A stretch of 64,000 bases of DNA from Myxococcales bacterium (GCA_047601445.1 JASGJH010000001.1:5952001-6016000), one strand, 5' to 3'. Positions 1 through 10,421 are shown, counted from the first letter of the stretch. Notes: a model not told the origin generated them from the letters alone. Program-made: numbers and translations.

Positions 1-1
1 G

Positions 2-58
2 CTCGTGGTGGCGCTGACCCAAACGGACGCCTTCCTGAACTATCGAAAGCCCGACTAG
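2..58 (+). CDS. 3' end of upstream gene, probably the DUF1592/DUF1588/DUF1585 partner of DUF1552
   Basis: Open frame LVVALTQTDAFLNYRKPD* ends 8 nt before the DUF1552 start. The 'LTQTDAF..R' ending is typical of these partner proteins. Confidence 0.55.
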   Translation, partial: LVVALTQTDAFLNYRKPD

Positions 59-66
59 GAGCTGCC

Positions 67-1368
67 ATGGATTCTCGCTTTCTGCTCTCGCGACGCACGC
101 TCCTGGGCGGTCTCGGCGCGCTCGCCCTGTCGAGCGTGCTTCCCGGCACGCGTCCGCGGGCGCGCGCCAAGGCGCCTACGCGGCTCCTGCTGGTGCACGT
201 GCCGGAAGGTATGTGGAGCGGCGCGGCGCGACCGGCCGCTGGGTCCACCCAGCTCGGGCCCATCCTCGAGGCCTTGCAGCCCCATCAGGCGAACCTCAGC
301 GTATTGAACAACCTCGACATGCAGTCGCGCGACTACGGTCCTGGCGGGGATGGACACCACCGTGGCGTCGTGCACATGTTCACGGGCACCGAGCAAGTCG
401 ACGAGAACAATGCGGGTGGGCCCTCGGTAGACCAGAAGATTGCACAGAGCATCGGCGGTGGTTTGCCCTTTGCCTCGCTGCAGTTCGCGGTTCGCATCGT
501 GTACGGCGACACCAACTCGCGTCCGATCTGGTCCGGACCCGGCAAGGTGGTGCCGGCCATGCAGAGCCCGTGGGAAGCCTACAAGCGCATCTTCGGCAAT
601 TTCACTCCACCCGGCTCGAGTCCCGCGCCGACCCCCAAGCTCGATCTGCGCCGCAGTGCCCTGGACTACGCGCTCGCCGACAGCGCAGCGCTGCGTAACA
701 AGCTCGGCGCGCGTGACCGTGAGCTACTCGATTCCTACCAGGCTTCATTGCGTGACATCGAGCAGCGTCTGATGACGACGCAGGCGCAGATGCCCGCAAG
801 CTGCGCGCTGCCTCAGCTTGGCGCCGCGGTGGACGAGAAGGCGGAGGCCAACTATCCCGCCATTGGGCGGTTGCAGATGGACTTGATCGTGGCGGCGTTC
901 CAGTGCGGGCTGACCCGCGTGGCCAGCTTGCAGTGGGGCAACTCGAACGATCAATGCACTTACTCGTTCCTGGGCGTCAACACGCTCGGCCACGACATGG
1001 CCCACAACAACAACAACTGCGACCCCGATCACAGCAAGAAGCTCAAGGTGTACCGCTGGTACTCCGAACAGGCCGCATATCTCCTGAGCAAGCTGAAGTC
1101 CATCCCCGAAGACGGCGGCACGATGCTCGACAACACACTCATTCTTTGGGCCTCCGAGTTCAGCGACTCCAATGGTCACAGCGCCGACAAGCTGATGTGG
1201 CTCTTGATGGGCAACGCGGGCGGCTTCTTCAAGACCGGCAAGGTGCTCGACTGCGGAGGACGCTCCGTGAACGATGTGCACGTCTCGTTGTGCAATGCCC
1301 TCGGCCTCCAGACCTCGAGCTTCGGCAACCCTGCCTATTGCAAAGGCGCGCTGCCCGGGCTCACATAG
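67..1368 (+). CDS. DUF1552 (HXXSHH-family) protein with Tat signal
   Basis: SRRTLL twin-arginine leader; GPSVDQKIA, CGLTRVASLQ, HDMAH and GTMLDNTLI motifs characteristic of DUF1552. Confidence 0.85.
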   Translation: MDSRFLLSRRTLLGGLGALALSSVLPGTRPRARAKAPTRLLLVHVPEGMWSGAARPAAGSTQLGPILEALQPHQANLSVLNNLDMQSRDYGPGGDGHHRGVVHMFTGTEQVDENNAGGPSVDQKIAQSIGGGLPFASLQFAVRIVYGDTNSRPIWSGPGKVVPAMQSPWEAYKRIFGNFTPPGSSPAPTPKLDLRRSALDYALADSAALRNKLGARDRELLDSYQASLRDIEQRLMTTQAQMPASCALPQLGAAVDEKAEANYPAIGRLQMDLIVAAFQCGLTRVASLQWGNSNDQCTYSFLGVNTLGHDMAHNNNNCDPDHSKKLKVYRWYSEQAAYLLSKLKSIPEDGGTMLDNTLILWASEFSDSNGHSADKLMWLLMGNAGGFFKTGKVLDCGGRSVNDVHVSLCNALGLQTSSFGNPAYCKGALPGLT

Positions 1369-1427
1369 GCCTCGTGTTCTCGTCTTTGTCGGAAGCAGCC
1401 TCCAAGCGCGTGCCGCGGCACCTGCGC

Positions 1428-2477
1428 ATGCTCGTGCTGACGCTGGCCGCCTGCAATCCCGAAGCGCTGATCGGCTACGATCCCTCGCCTGAGGCTCCTA
1501 CGGACGCCGGGCTCGACGCGGGCCTCGGCGACGCGGCGCTGAGCGACGCTGGCGATGCAGGCGCTGTGGGCGAGGTCGATGCCCGCTTGCCCATCAAGGG
1601 GCCACTCTCGGGTCTGCCGTGGGTCTCCGGGGCGCACCACAGCAACGAGCCCGCCAAGTACCTCGAGTTCGGTGACTGGCGTGGGCGTACGCTCGACTTG
1701 GCCACCCTCTACGTGGACCGGACGAGCTGGGTCAACGTGGTCACGCCGACCTGGTTCCTGGACACCTTCGCCTCGTTCCCAGGGCAGCTGGTGCTGAACG
1801 AACCGTTGTATCCGCCTGACCTGGGCGACAATCAAGCGTGCGCGCGCGGCGACTACGACGGCCAGTGGCGCATGCTCGGAGATCTGTTGGTGAGCAGGGG
1901 TCGCGCGGACTCCATCGTGCGCCTCGGCTGGGGGCCCACCGATCCCGAGCACGCCTGGCGCTCGGACGCCGATCCGAGCGCGTGGATCGCCTGCTATCGA
2001 CGCGTGGTCGACGCGCTGCGCGAGCGTGATCCGAGCGTGCTCATCGACTGGTCCTTCGACCCCATCGCCTCCTCCATCCCGCAGAGCGGCGATCCCTACG
2101 ACACCTATCCCGGTGACGACTACGTCGACATCGTGGGGATCGACGCCTTCGACCGCTACCCGCCCACGCGTGACGAGGCGGCCTGGCAAGCCAAGTTCGA
2201 GAGCCCGCTCGGCCTGGGGCGCGCCATCGCCTTTGCGCGCGCGCACGGGAAGCGACTCTCCGTGGGCGAGTGGGGCGTGGTTACCTGTGGCGACAGCAGC
2301 GGGGGCGACAACCCCTTCTACGTGCGCAAGATGGTGGAGACCTTCCGCGCCAACGCGGACATCCTCGCCTACGAGAGCTACTTCGACGATCGGGAGGAGA
2401 GCTGCTCTCAACTACTGGACGCGAGCAGCGCACCCATGGCCGCAGCCGAATACGTGAAGCAATACAGCGCGCCGTAG
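1428..2477 (+). CDS. Glycoside hydrolase family 26-like lipoprotein (start could be GTG at 1374)
   Basis: LAAC lipobox, DAG-rich linker, and IVRLGW, YPGDDYVDIVGIDAFD and KRLSVGEWG motifs. Confidence 0.7.
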   Translation: MLVLTLAACNPEALIGYDPSPEAPTDAGLDAGLGDAALSDAGDAGAVGEVDARLPIKGPLSGLPWVSGAHHSNEPAKYLEFGDWRGRTLDLATLYVDRTSWVNVVTPTWFLDTFASFPGQLVLNEPLYPPDLGDNQACARGDYDGQWRMLGDLLVSRGRADSIVRLGWGPTDPEHAWRSDADPSAWIACYRRVVDALRERDPSVLIDWSFDPIASSIPQSGDPYDTYPGDDYVDIVGIDAFDRYPPTRDEAAWQAKFESPLGLGRAIAFARAHGKRLSVGEWGVVTCGDSSGGDNPFYVRKMVETFRANADILAYESYFDDREESCSQLLDASSAPMAAAEYVKQYSAP

Positions 2478-2497
2478 AGCTTCCTCCAAGGCTGCGC

Positions 2498-3274
2498 TCA
2501 AGCGAGCAGCCGCTCGAGCTCGTCGAGGCCCGCGGTGAAGCAGGCCGGTCCCGGCTGCAGGATGATCGCCGGGTCGAGCTCGTGCACGCGCCCTGACTTC
2601 ACCGCAGGCAGAGCCGAGAAGCCCGGGCGCGCTTCGAAGCTCGCGCGATCGAAGGGCTTGCCGCACCAGCTGGCGAGCACCACGTCGGGCGCGCGCGCGA
2701 TTACCTCGGCCTGGCTCACGAAGCGGTCCTTGGCGAGTCCGGCTTCGGCGCGATCCTTGAACACGTTGTCGCCGCCGGCGATCTCGATCAACTCGGAGAC
2801 CCACTGGATGCTGGTGATCATGGGGTCATCCCACTCCTCGAAATAGACCTTGGGTCGCGTCACGCGTGCCGCCGCGCGCGTACGCAGCGTTTCGACGCGC
2901 GTTCGGTAGGACGCGACGAGCTGCGCCGCACGTGGCTCGGCCCCGACCAGGCGGCCCATCGTCAGCATCACGCCCAGGATCTGTTCCAGCGAGCGTTGGT
3001 TGAAGATCAGCACCTGCAAGCCTGCCGCGATGAGCTCGCTGGCTAACTTGGCTTGAATGTCCGAGAAGCCGATCACCAGGTCCGGCTCGAGTGCCTTGAT
3101 CTTCTTGACGCTGCCTCCGATGAAGGCCGACACGATGGGCTTGTCGCGCTTGGCCTCGGGGGGCCGCACCGTGTACGCACTGATGCCCACGATGCGCCGC
3201 TCCTCGCCGAGCAGATAGAGCAATTCGGTCGGTTCCTCGGTCAGGCAGACGATGCGTTCGACGGGATCGCGCAT
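2498..3274 (-). CDS. BtuF-like cobalamin-binding / helical-backbone metal receptor protein
   Basis: RIVCL..EPTELLY, EPDLVIGFSDIQ, KVYFEEWDDPMI and ILQPGP motifs. Confidence 0.8.
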   Translation of the reverse strand: MRDPVERIVCLTEEPTELLYLLGEERRIVGISAYTVRPPEAKRDKPIVSAFIGGSVKKIKALEPDLVIGFSDIQAKLASELIAAGLQVLIFNQRSLEQILGVMLTMGRLVGAEPRAAQLVASYRTRVETLRTRAAARVTRPKVYFEEWDDPMITSIQWVSELIEIAGGDNVFKDRAEAGLAKDRFVSQAEVIARAPDVVLASWCGKPFDRASFEARPGFSALPAVKSGRVHELDPAIILQPGPACFTAGLDELERLLA

Positions 3275-3547
3275 GGGCCTTCAAGGATGCCACGTCAGGT
3301 CAGTCGGGTCTCCGCCCCGTTCCATTGCGGGCGCGATTTCGCAGCCCGAGTGCGCGGCCAGTGGGGGAGTCGTCTCAGAGCTCACGGAAACGGACCCCGC
3401 TGGCAGCCCCTCCGCTCGCCGATCTCAGATTCGGCGGGTCGACCGCGATTCGCTTGAGAGAAACCCTCGATTTTCGCGACACACCGTCCGTCCCGCAGCT
3501 CGCGTCCACGCCAGGCTGCCGCAACACGCAAGGAAAGCTCCTAGATC

Positions 3548-4540
3548 ATGCAGAAAACTCCTTCGTACCGCGATCTCGCGCTGTGGGCCCTGTTGACGGC
3601 GGCGGGCTGCAGCGAGGACACCACGCCCACGCGTGACGGTGGCTCCGACCATGAGGGCGACAAGTTCGACGGCGGAGGCGACGGCGACGGGGACGGCGGC
3701 GTTGGAGCCGACACCACGGCCAAGCTCGGGGACAACGTGGCCGGCAAGGCCTGCGGCTCCGCCGCCGACTGCCAGGGGACGAACGCCAAGTGCGTGACCA
3801 GCGTCGGCGGCCTGCTCGGCTTCGGTGCCACCGCCACACCCGGCGGCTACTGCAGCGGAGATTGCGCGCAGGATAGCGATTGCGGCGCGGGCGGCGTGTG
3901 CTCTGGATCGCAGCTCGGCATGGGCAGTTGCCGGCGCGCTTGCGACAAGGACGCCGATTGCACTCGCTCGGGCTACTACTGCGCGGCGGGCCTCAATCTG
4001 CAGCTCGTGACGCTGCCCGACAGCTGTCTGCCGCGGCCCGAGACCGACAAGCTCGGTGACGGCATCGTGGGTAAGGCGTGCACCTCGGACCGCAACTGCG
4101 GGGATGGGCGCTGCGCCGACACGATCGGCGGTGCCAGCGGCTTCGGCATGTCCTACGGCGACGTGCCGGCGCCCGACGGCTACTGCACCGGCTCCTGCCT
4201 CCAGGACAGCGAGTGCGGAGCCAACGGCAAGTGCGTCACGTTCCTGCCCAACGAGCCTGGTGAGTGCTACCTCGAATGTGGCGCCGCCTGTGACAAGCGC
4301 GAGGGCTACCACTGCGGCCCGGTGTTCGCGACCGGTGGCGGCAACCGCGGCGGCAACGGAGGTGGCGTCTTCGGCGGCGGCGGTGGCGCCGGTGTCGACA
4401 TCCCAAACGTCTGCATGCCCAAGCCCGTCAGCGACGGTGGAATGCCCGATGGTGGCTCACATCACGACGGCGGCACAGAACACGACGGCGGCACCGATGC
4501 GGGCCACCACGACGCCGGACCCGACGGCGGCCACTCCTGA
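3548..4540 (+). CDS. Cys-rich lipoprotein with two internal repeats
   Basis: TAAGC lipobox, GD tract, and a duplicated KLGD..VGKAC...GYC.G.C.QDS.CGA.G.C unit. Confidence 0.75.
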   Translation: MQKTPSYRDLALWALLTAAGCSEDTTPTRDGGSDHEGDKFDGGGDGDGDGGVGADTTAKLGDNVAGKACGSAADCQGTNAKCVTSVGGLLGFGATATPGGYCSGDCAQDSDCGAGGVCSGSQLGMGSCRRACDKDADCTRSGYYCAAGLNLQLVTLPDSCLPRPETDKLGDGIVGKACTSDRNCGDGRCADTIGGASGFGMSYGDVPAPDGYCTGSCLQDSECGANGKCVTFLPNEPGECYLECGAACDKREGYHCGPVFATGGGNRGGNGGGVFGGGGGAGVDIPNVCMPKPVSDGGMPDGGSHHDGGTEHDGGTDAGHHDAGPDGGHS

Positions 4541-4553
4541 GGTCGTTTCACTG

Positions 4554-4673
4554 GGAGGTCGCGTGCCTTCACTGGGGACGAGGCGAGCGCACTTCGTGAG
4601 CGAAGCGAACCTCGCGGTGGGGTGGGTCCCAGCGCGCCTTCGCCGCCGGCGGGGAGGGCGCGTGCCCTCCCCG
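4554..4673 (+). repeat. Structured REP-like element family A, copy 1 (4590-4673), preceded by a partial third hairpin
   Basis: CACTTCGTGAGCGAAGCGAACCTCGCGGTGGGGTGGGTCCC...CGGGGAGGGCGCGTGCCCTCCCCG matches the units at 24735-25025 and 6541-6624. Confidence 0.85.
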
Positions 4674-4675
4674 TT

Positions 4676-5878
4676 CTAACTCGACTCGCTCGCGTGCAGG
4701 ATGACGTGGGCCACTTGACGATAGAGCTTGAAGAACTCGTCGTCGCCGAAGCAGCTGCCGCTGTGCAGGAGGCCCGCCATCACCTGGTGTGGGCGGTCCA
4801 GGCCCTCGGCGTCGGTGACCCACACGGAGCGATCGTAGTAGCCCACCACGTCGAAGTGATCGGCCACCACCACCGCCGCGAGCTCCGCCGGATCCCGCGG
4901 GTTGATCAGCTGGCGGGCGGTGTTCACCACGCCGTCGTTGCTGGCCAAGTCGAGCGCCGCCGGCAGGCGCGCGTGGCGGCTGATGATCACACGCTCGGGG
5001 GAGGCTACAGCCTCCTCTAGCAAGCGCAGGGTCGGCCGCACGGCCTCGCCCTTGAGCATGCTGCCCGTGTGCTGACCCGAGGTGCGCATCCACATGTCGT
5101 CGAAAAAGGCGTCGGTGTCCGGGCCAGGGGCGGGATCGAGCGCATCGGGCAAACCCGCGATGGTGACGAAGCTGGCGCGACGCACCCGGGGCAGATCCGG
5201 CACGGCGCGTTGATAGAGCTCCTCCATGCGGTCGGGGCGCAGTGCTTCGATGAGGTCGTTCCAGCGCAGCACCTCGAAGAAGAACTTCCAGACCTTGTGG
5301 CCCTCGCGCGCGACGCTGATCAGGGTCTCGCTGGTGCTCACGTCGCTCGCCGCCGACACCATCAGCTTCAACAGAAGGTTGCCGAAAGGCACGGCCCCGC
5401 CGGGCGCGTGCTTGGGGCTGGCCAAGAACTGCGCCACCGGATCATCCGCCAGGCAGGTGCCTTGATGCGGGCTGCCGATGGAGATCACGCTGCGCAGGCG
5501 CTCGCGCAACGGGCGTGCATCGACGCCGTCATGGGAGGCCCAGCTGACTTGGCCCACGGGCTCCGAGAGCGTGAGCAGGTGAGCGTCCACGCCGCCCGTG
5601 CTGTGACCCACGAGGTGCACGTTGCCCACGCAATCGAAGACGGACATGCGATTGAGCAGGGTCTTCACCAGCGCGCTCTGGCGCTGCGCGAAGGACCCCG
5701 TGGGGAGGATGGGGACGGGTACGACGTACACCGTACGGCCGAGTCTATCTTCGAGGCAGGCGCGCAGGGCCGCAGTCACGCGGTCGGCGAAGTAGCCGAA
5801 GTTGCCGAACCGCTCGAACCCGAGAAAGCCGGGGATCAAGAACACGAGGTCGCAGGGCCTCGCACGTGAAACTGCCAT
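4676..5878 (-). CDS. Alpha/beta hydrolase (lipase/esterase family)
   Basis: LIPGFLGF oxyanion region, VHLVGHSTGG nucleophile elbow, SIGSPHQGT, NDGVV and ADHFDVVG. Confidence 0.8.
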   Translation of the reverse strand: MAVSRARPCDLVFLIPGFLGFERFGNFGYFADRVTAALRACLEDRLGRTVYVVPVPILPTGSFAQRQSALVKTLLNRMSVFDCVGNVHLVGHSTGGVDAHLLTLSEPVGQVSWASHDGVDARPLRERLRSVISIGSPHQGTCLADDPVAQFLASPKHAPGGAVPFGNLLLKLMVSAASDVSTSETLISVAREGHKVWKFFFEVLRWNDLIEALRPDRMEELYQRAVPDLPRVRRASFVTIAGLPDALDPAPGPDTDAFFDDMWMRTSGQHTGSMLKGEAVRPTLRLLEEAVASPERVIISRHARLPAALDLASNDGVVNTARQLINPRDPAELAAVVVADHFDVVGYYDRSVWVTDAEGLDRPHQVMAGLLHSGSCFGDDEFFKLYRQVAHVILHASESS

Positions 5879-5960
5879 GGGTCGAGGGTACCAGGTTCCG
5901 CGCCAGCCCGCAGAGATTGGGCGGCCTCGTGGAGGCTGCACTCGGCTCGCTCTCGGCGCG

Positions 5961-6395
5961 TTACTCCGCGAGCGTTACGCCCGAGCCGCCCAACTCGGCG
6001 GGGAAGTCTTTCTGCTTGGGCAGGCCGTCGTGCAGGCGCAGTACCGTCTCGGCGTAGTTGACGTGCACGCCGGGCTTGAACTCGAGTTCCGGTAGCACGG
6101 CCGCGTAGACGTCAGTGAGGTTGAAGCCTGGATGCTCGGTGAGCAGGTGGCCTCCGCATTTCTTGCACCACTTGCGAATACTGCGCTCCGTCTTGGCGTA
6201 CGAGCCCACCTGGTCGGCCCCGCGCGTAATCTTCACGGCGCTCGGCGGCCACAAGGTGAACGCGTTGACCGGTCCGGCTGACCACTGCCTGCAGGATTCG
6301 CAGTGGCAGTAGCCCATGGCGGCGGGCTGGCCCTCTGCTTGCACTTCGACAGCGCCGCAAAAACAGTGTCCGGTGTATGCACTTTTGGTCGACAT
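5961..6395 (-). CDS. GFA family (glutathione-dependent formaldehyde-activating-like) protein
   Basis: G.CFCGAV, YCHCESCR and WCKKCGG zinc motifs; AGGAGG RBS upstream. Confidence 0.9.
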   Translation of the reverse strand: MSTKSAYTGHCFCGAVEVQAEGQPAAMGYCHCESCRQWSAGPVNAFTLWPPSAVKITRGADQVGSYAKTERSIRKWCKKCGGHLLTEHPGFNLTDVYAAVLPELEFKPGVHVNYAETVLRLHDGLPKQKDFPAELGGSGVTLAE

Positions 6396-6540
6396 GGATC
6401 CTTCCTCCTGAAGGTGGGCCCGGCTAGAGACCGGGCTCGCTCACTCCTTGAGTATCCGCACCAGAGCCATCCGTAGTATGGCCGTGCGTCCGAGGTCCAT
6501 ACCCGCAAATCCGAAATTGCCGCTCAATCCCCTGTTGTCG

Positions 6541-6624
6541 AGGAGGTCACGCGACCTCCGCGCCGGTCGCAGCAAAGCTGCGCCGGGTCCCACCCGCACC
6601 GCGAGCTTCGCTTCGCTCACGAAC
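6541..6624 (-). repeat. Structured REP-like element family A, copy 2
   Basis: Reverse complement reads GTTCGTGAGCGAAGCGAAGCTCGCGGTGCGGGTGGGACCCGGCGCAGCTTTGCTGCGACCGGCGCGGAGGTCGCGTGACCTCCT and begins immediately after the AraC stop codon. Confidence 0.8.
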
Positions 6625-7608
6625 TTAGGACTGGGTGCTCTCCGACTCCATGTTGGTGCGGCGGTAGCTCGCGGGGGAGAGCCCGACCTCGCGCTTGAAA
6701 GCACGGCTCAACGCGAACTCGGTGCCGTAGCCCACTTGCTGCGCGATCTCCGCCAGGCTGCAGTTGCTCGTGCGCAGCAGTGCGGCCGCCAGCTGAATAC
6801 GCCACTGGGCGAGGTACTGGATGGGTGCCATTCCCATCAGCTGACCAAAGCGTTCGGCCAGCGTGGAGCGCGACACGCCGGCCTCCTTGGCGAGCTCTTC
6901 GAGGCTCCAGGCGTGGGCGGGTCGCTGGTGGATTTGCTGCAGCGCTCGGCCCACGTTCGGATCCTGTAGGCCTGCCAAAAATCCAACCTGACCAGGGGGC
7001 AAAGTGGCCACGTGGCGTCGTACCAATTCCACGAACAGCAGTTCACTCAGGCGCGACAGCACGCAATCGCTGCCGGGTCCGGGCGCGCTGGTCTCGGCCA
7101 CGGCGAGCTCTACCAGCTTGCGTAGCGCGCTGTCGTTCTCGTTGCTGCCGCGCAGGTGAATCATGCGCGGCAGCGTGGAGAGCAGCGGGTTGAAGGGCTT
7201 GGCGTCGCAGCCGAAGAACCCGCAGATCACGCTCACCTCGTCCTTGCCGCCACCGCGGATGGAGATGGGCACGGGGAGGCGCTGCTCGTGCAGGGAGCGA
7301 TAGGGTTCGATCACGGGCTCGCCGCGTGCGCCCGGTGCGCTCGAGAGTACGTGGCGATCGCCCTGGGGGAACGCAATCACGTCGCCCGCCTGAAGCTGCA
7401 CGTGGGGGCCCTCGACGAGTCCCGCCCAGCAAGAGCCCTTGGTCACGAGGTGATACTCGATGACATGCTCGGCGTTCGGCATGATGAAGCGCGCGATGCT
7501 GGAGGCGTCCGGGGCTTCGGCGACCCAGGGGGTTGACGCGTCGATGGAGAAGAACACTGCGCCGGTGAGCCTGACCGCGCGCAGCACCTCCGACAGAGGA
7601 TCCCTCAC
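6625..7608 (-). CDS. AraC family transcriptional regulator with N-terminal cupin domain
   Basis: DPLSEVLRAVRL start; WSLEELAKEAGVSRS and VGYGTEFALSRAFKR double HTH. Confidence 0.92.
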   Translation of the reverse strand: MRDPLSEVLRAVRLTGAVFFSIDASTPWVAEAPDASSIARFIMPNAEHVIEYHLVTKGSCWAGLVEGPHVQLQAGDVIAFPQGDRHVLSSAPGARGEPVIEPYRSLHEQRLPVPISIRGGGKDEVSVICGFFGCDAKPFNPLLSTLPRMIHLRGSNENDSALRKLVELAVAETSAPGPGSDCVLSRLSELLFVELVRRHVATLPPGQVGFLAGLQDPNVGRALQQIHQRPAHAWSLEELAKEAGVSRSTLAERFGQLMGMAPIQYLAQWRIQLAAALLRTSNCSLAEIAQQVGYGTEFALSRAFKREVGLSPASYRRTNMESESTQS

Positions 7609-7729
7609 GTTTGTTTGCCCTTTCCGCCGTTCTGCACGCGATTTCTAGCACAGGGGTGTCTCGGGCGGACCTGAACGGGGATCGAAGCGGCCCGCGTAAC
7701 GCTCACCGGTCGAGCGCGTACTGATCGGC

Positions 7730-8179
7730 ATGCGAGCGCACGAGCGTGATGAAAAGGCGGGCGGGGCGGCTCCCAGCAGCACCTGCCTCGCGAGTGCCAC
7801 GGGCAGTGGTGTGGCGTCTTACACCGAAGTTTTGCCCTCATTTCTCGAGGTCGCCCGGGCCTGCACCCGCGATCACGAGCTCTCCTCGGAGCGAGTCCAG
7901 GCTTTCCAGGGGGTGTTCGAACACCTCGTGGACAGCACCCGGAAGCCAGGCTCCATGCGCTGGTCCTTCAGCAACTCTCCGGGCGTGGAGCGCCATGTGC
8001 GCGAACTCGCGCGCAGGGAGCATCGCTGTTGGCCCGAGCTCACGTTCGCGGTGAGTGTACAGGCCGATCTCATCGTTTGGCAGGCCTGCGGCACGGCCGA
8101 AACTGCGGACTCGCTGGAGGCGCTCTATCGCCTGCGCGAGCTACGCGCGGCCGAGCCCACACTTCCAGCGTCGAACTAG
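7730..8179 (+). CDS. Hypothetical protein, start uncertain
   Basis: ORF divergent from AraC; ELARREHRCWPELTFAV resembles the E..CCPF..F motif of small uncharacterised proteins. Confidence 0.45.
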   Translation: MRAHERDEKAGGAAPSSTCLASATGSGVASYTEVLPSFLEVARACTRDHELSSERVQAFQGVFEHLVDSTRKPGSMRWSFSNSPGVERHVRELARREHRCWPELTFAVSVQADLIVWQACGTAETADSLEALYRLRELRAAEPTLPASN

Positions 8180-8188
8180 GAAGAACTC

Positions 8189-10317
8189 CTAGGGCAGCGG
8201 GACGATGAAGGCGTCGCTCGAGGTGTTGTCGTCGTTCACGACGATGTCGTCGGCCGCCGTGTGGAACACCACGAAGTCTCCGCTCGACGAGATCACGGAG
8301 TCGTACCCGGTGCCGCCGCTCGGCGCTGAACCCAAGAAGCTCTTGGACACCAGGGTGAAGGCCTGGGTACCGCGGTCGAACGCGTAGGTCTGCACGAAGC
8401 CGCTGACCTCGTCCGTGCGTGACGCCATCGTCGAGAACACGAGCCGCTGACCGTCACTGGAGAGCGAGGGCCCCGAGCAATAGTCTTGTGAGCCGTTCGG
8501 GTCGAGGTCGAGGTTCACGCGCGACCAGGCGCTCGTACTCCGCGTGTACACCCAGATGTCCGTCTTGCCGGTGAGGTCCGTGCTCGGGCCGAGGTTGGTG
8601 GCGGCCGAGCTGACCGCGATCACGTTGCCGTCGCTGCTAACGGCCGGGCGATCACTCGCGGCGTTGGCGGCCTCGGTCGAACCGTAGGCGTGGCTGATGC
8701 GGCTCGTCGTGGACCCGGTGCGCATGAAGACGTCGCTGCGACCGTCGGTGTCGACCACGCCGTCGACCAGGTTCTTGGCCAGACTGGCGAAGACCACCAC
8801 GCTCCCGTCCCCGCTGATGGCGGGTGCGCTGGAGGCACCATTGGCCTCCGTTCCGGCGCTGCTCACGCTCAGGCGGACCGTCGTGCCGAGCGTGCGGTCG
8901 CGGAGGAAGACGTCATCCACGTTGTTGGTGTCGGTGGCGATCAGGTTGGAAGCCGAGCTCCGGAACACGACGTAGCGCCCGTCGTCGCTGATGCCCGGGC
9001 GTTCTTCGTCGAACTGGGGCGGGAACGAGGCCGCGTTGGCCTCCGATTCGTCGCTCGACAAGCTGATGCGCTCGAAGCTCGCGTTCTTGGTGTCGTACAC
9101 GTAGACGTCGGCCACGCCGTTGGTGTCATTCCCCACGAGGGCGCGGTCCGAATAGAACGCGATGTAGCGCCCGTCGGGTGTCATGACGGGGCGCTCGTTG
9201 TGGCCGAACCCGGAGGTGATGCGCTTCGTGGTCTTGGCCTGACGATCACGCAGGAAGATCTCGGTGTACGAGGCATAACCGTCGAGGTTCTTGGCGTTGG
9301 ACTCGAAGGCGACGTAGCGGCCGTCGCTGCTGACCGCGGCGCGCAAGCTGTACGAGTCACCGATCACAGGGTTGGGATCGCTGCTCTGGCTTACCAGCTC
9401 GGCACCGTTCTTGGCGCTCGAGATCAGGAGGACGTCGAAGCTCCGCTCGCTGGACAACCCTTCGGCGTCCTGGATCTTCAGCGTGACCGTCGCGGAGCCG
9501 GCCCCGGAGGTGGCGGGAACAAGCGTGATGTCGCGGTACACGTGGCCCGGGCTGGACGCGTTGGCGCCATAGGCCGCGCCGATCTGGATCCCGTTGTCCG
9601 GCAAGAAGGCTTGGTTGGACGAGCTGGCTGTCACCGTGAGCGTGGCGAGATTGGAATCGTCGTAGATATGCGCCTTGAAAGGCTTGATCGGCGTGCCCGC
9701 GAGGGTACCTATGTCGACGATGGGGAAGAACGCGGGCGTGCCGTTGACCCGCAGGTTCATGGACTGGGTCACCTTGCTGGTTCCATCGTCGGCGGTGACG
9801 GTGACCTGGTAGAGGTTCGGGACAGAGGTCTTCACGGGTGCAAAGGTGATGTTGCGCGCGCTCCCCGAGCCGCCGAAGACGAGTGTGCCCACGTCGGTGA
9901 ACGTGCCCTCCGGCGTTACCGTTGCGCTCAAGGTGACGTTCGATGGATCCCCCCCGAGACGGTGAGCGGAAGCGGACCCAGTGTCTCACCTGGATTCACC
10001 ACACCGTCTGCCAGCGCCGAGAGACCAAGCGCCACCGGCGTCGTCGCGTCGCCCGCGTCCTCTCCTGCGTCGGAGGGGCGAGGTAGATCCGCGTCGGAGC
10101 CAGGCGATGCGTCCAGTGGCTCAGGCGAATCGTCGTGGATTGCGGCATCCATGGGGATTCCGCTGTCCCCTGCGGGCGGTGTCACTCCGCTGTCCAGGGA
10201 ACTCGGATTCCCCGCGTCCACATCCCCTTCCATGGGCAAGGGGCTTCCATCGTCCCCGCAAGCACCAAGCACTCCTAGACACGCCACGCGCGCGAGCAGA
10301 CCCCACCGTGCGAACAT
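8189..10317 (-). CDS. Lipoprotein with Ig-like domains and TolB/PD40-like beta-propeller, frameshifted at about 9949-9955
   Basis: MFARWGLLARVACLGVLGAC lipobox ORF continues as VSGGDPSNVTLSATV if one G is added to a G7 run; repeated S.DGRYVAF.S.A.NL blades follow. Confidence 0.8.
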
Positions 10318-10421
10318 CGAAACGCCCCCAAGGCCACCACGGGCCACGAGGCATCGATCATACACATCCGCGTGCGCGGGTCACACGACTTTGGGCCTCG
10401 GTGCACGGCTCGAGCCGGCCT

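Noticed and set aside
3275..3547. Cobalamin riboswitch upstream of the BtuF-like gene
   Set aside because: Only fragments such as CCCCCACTG and GACCTGAC are seen on the minus strand; the ordered core motifs and B12 box are not recognisable.
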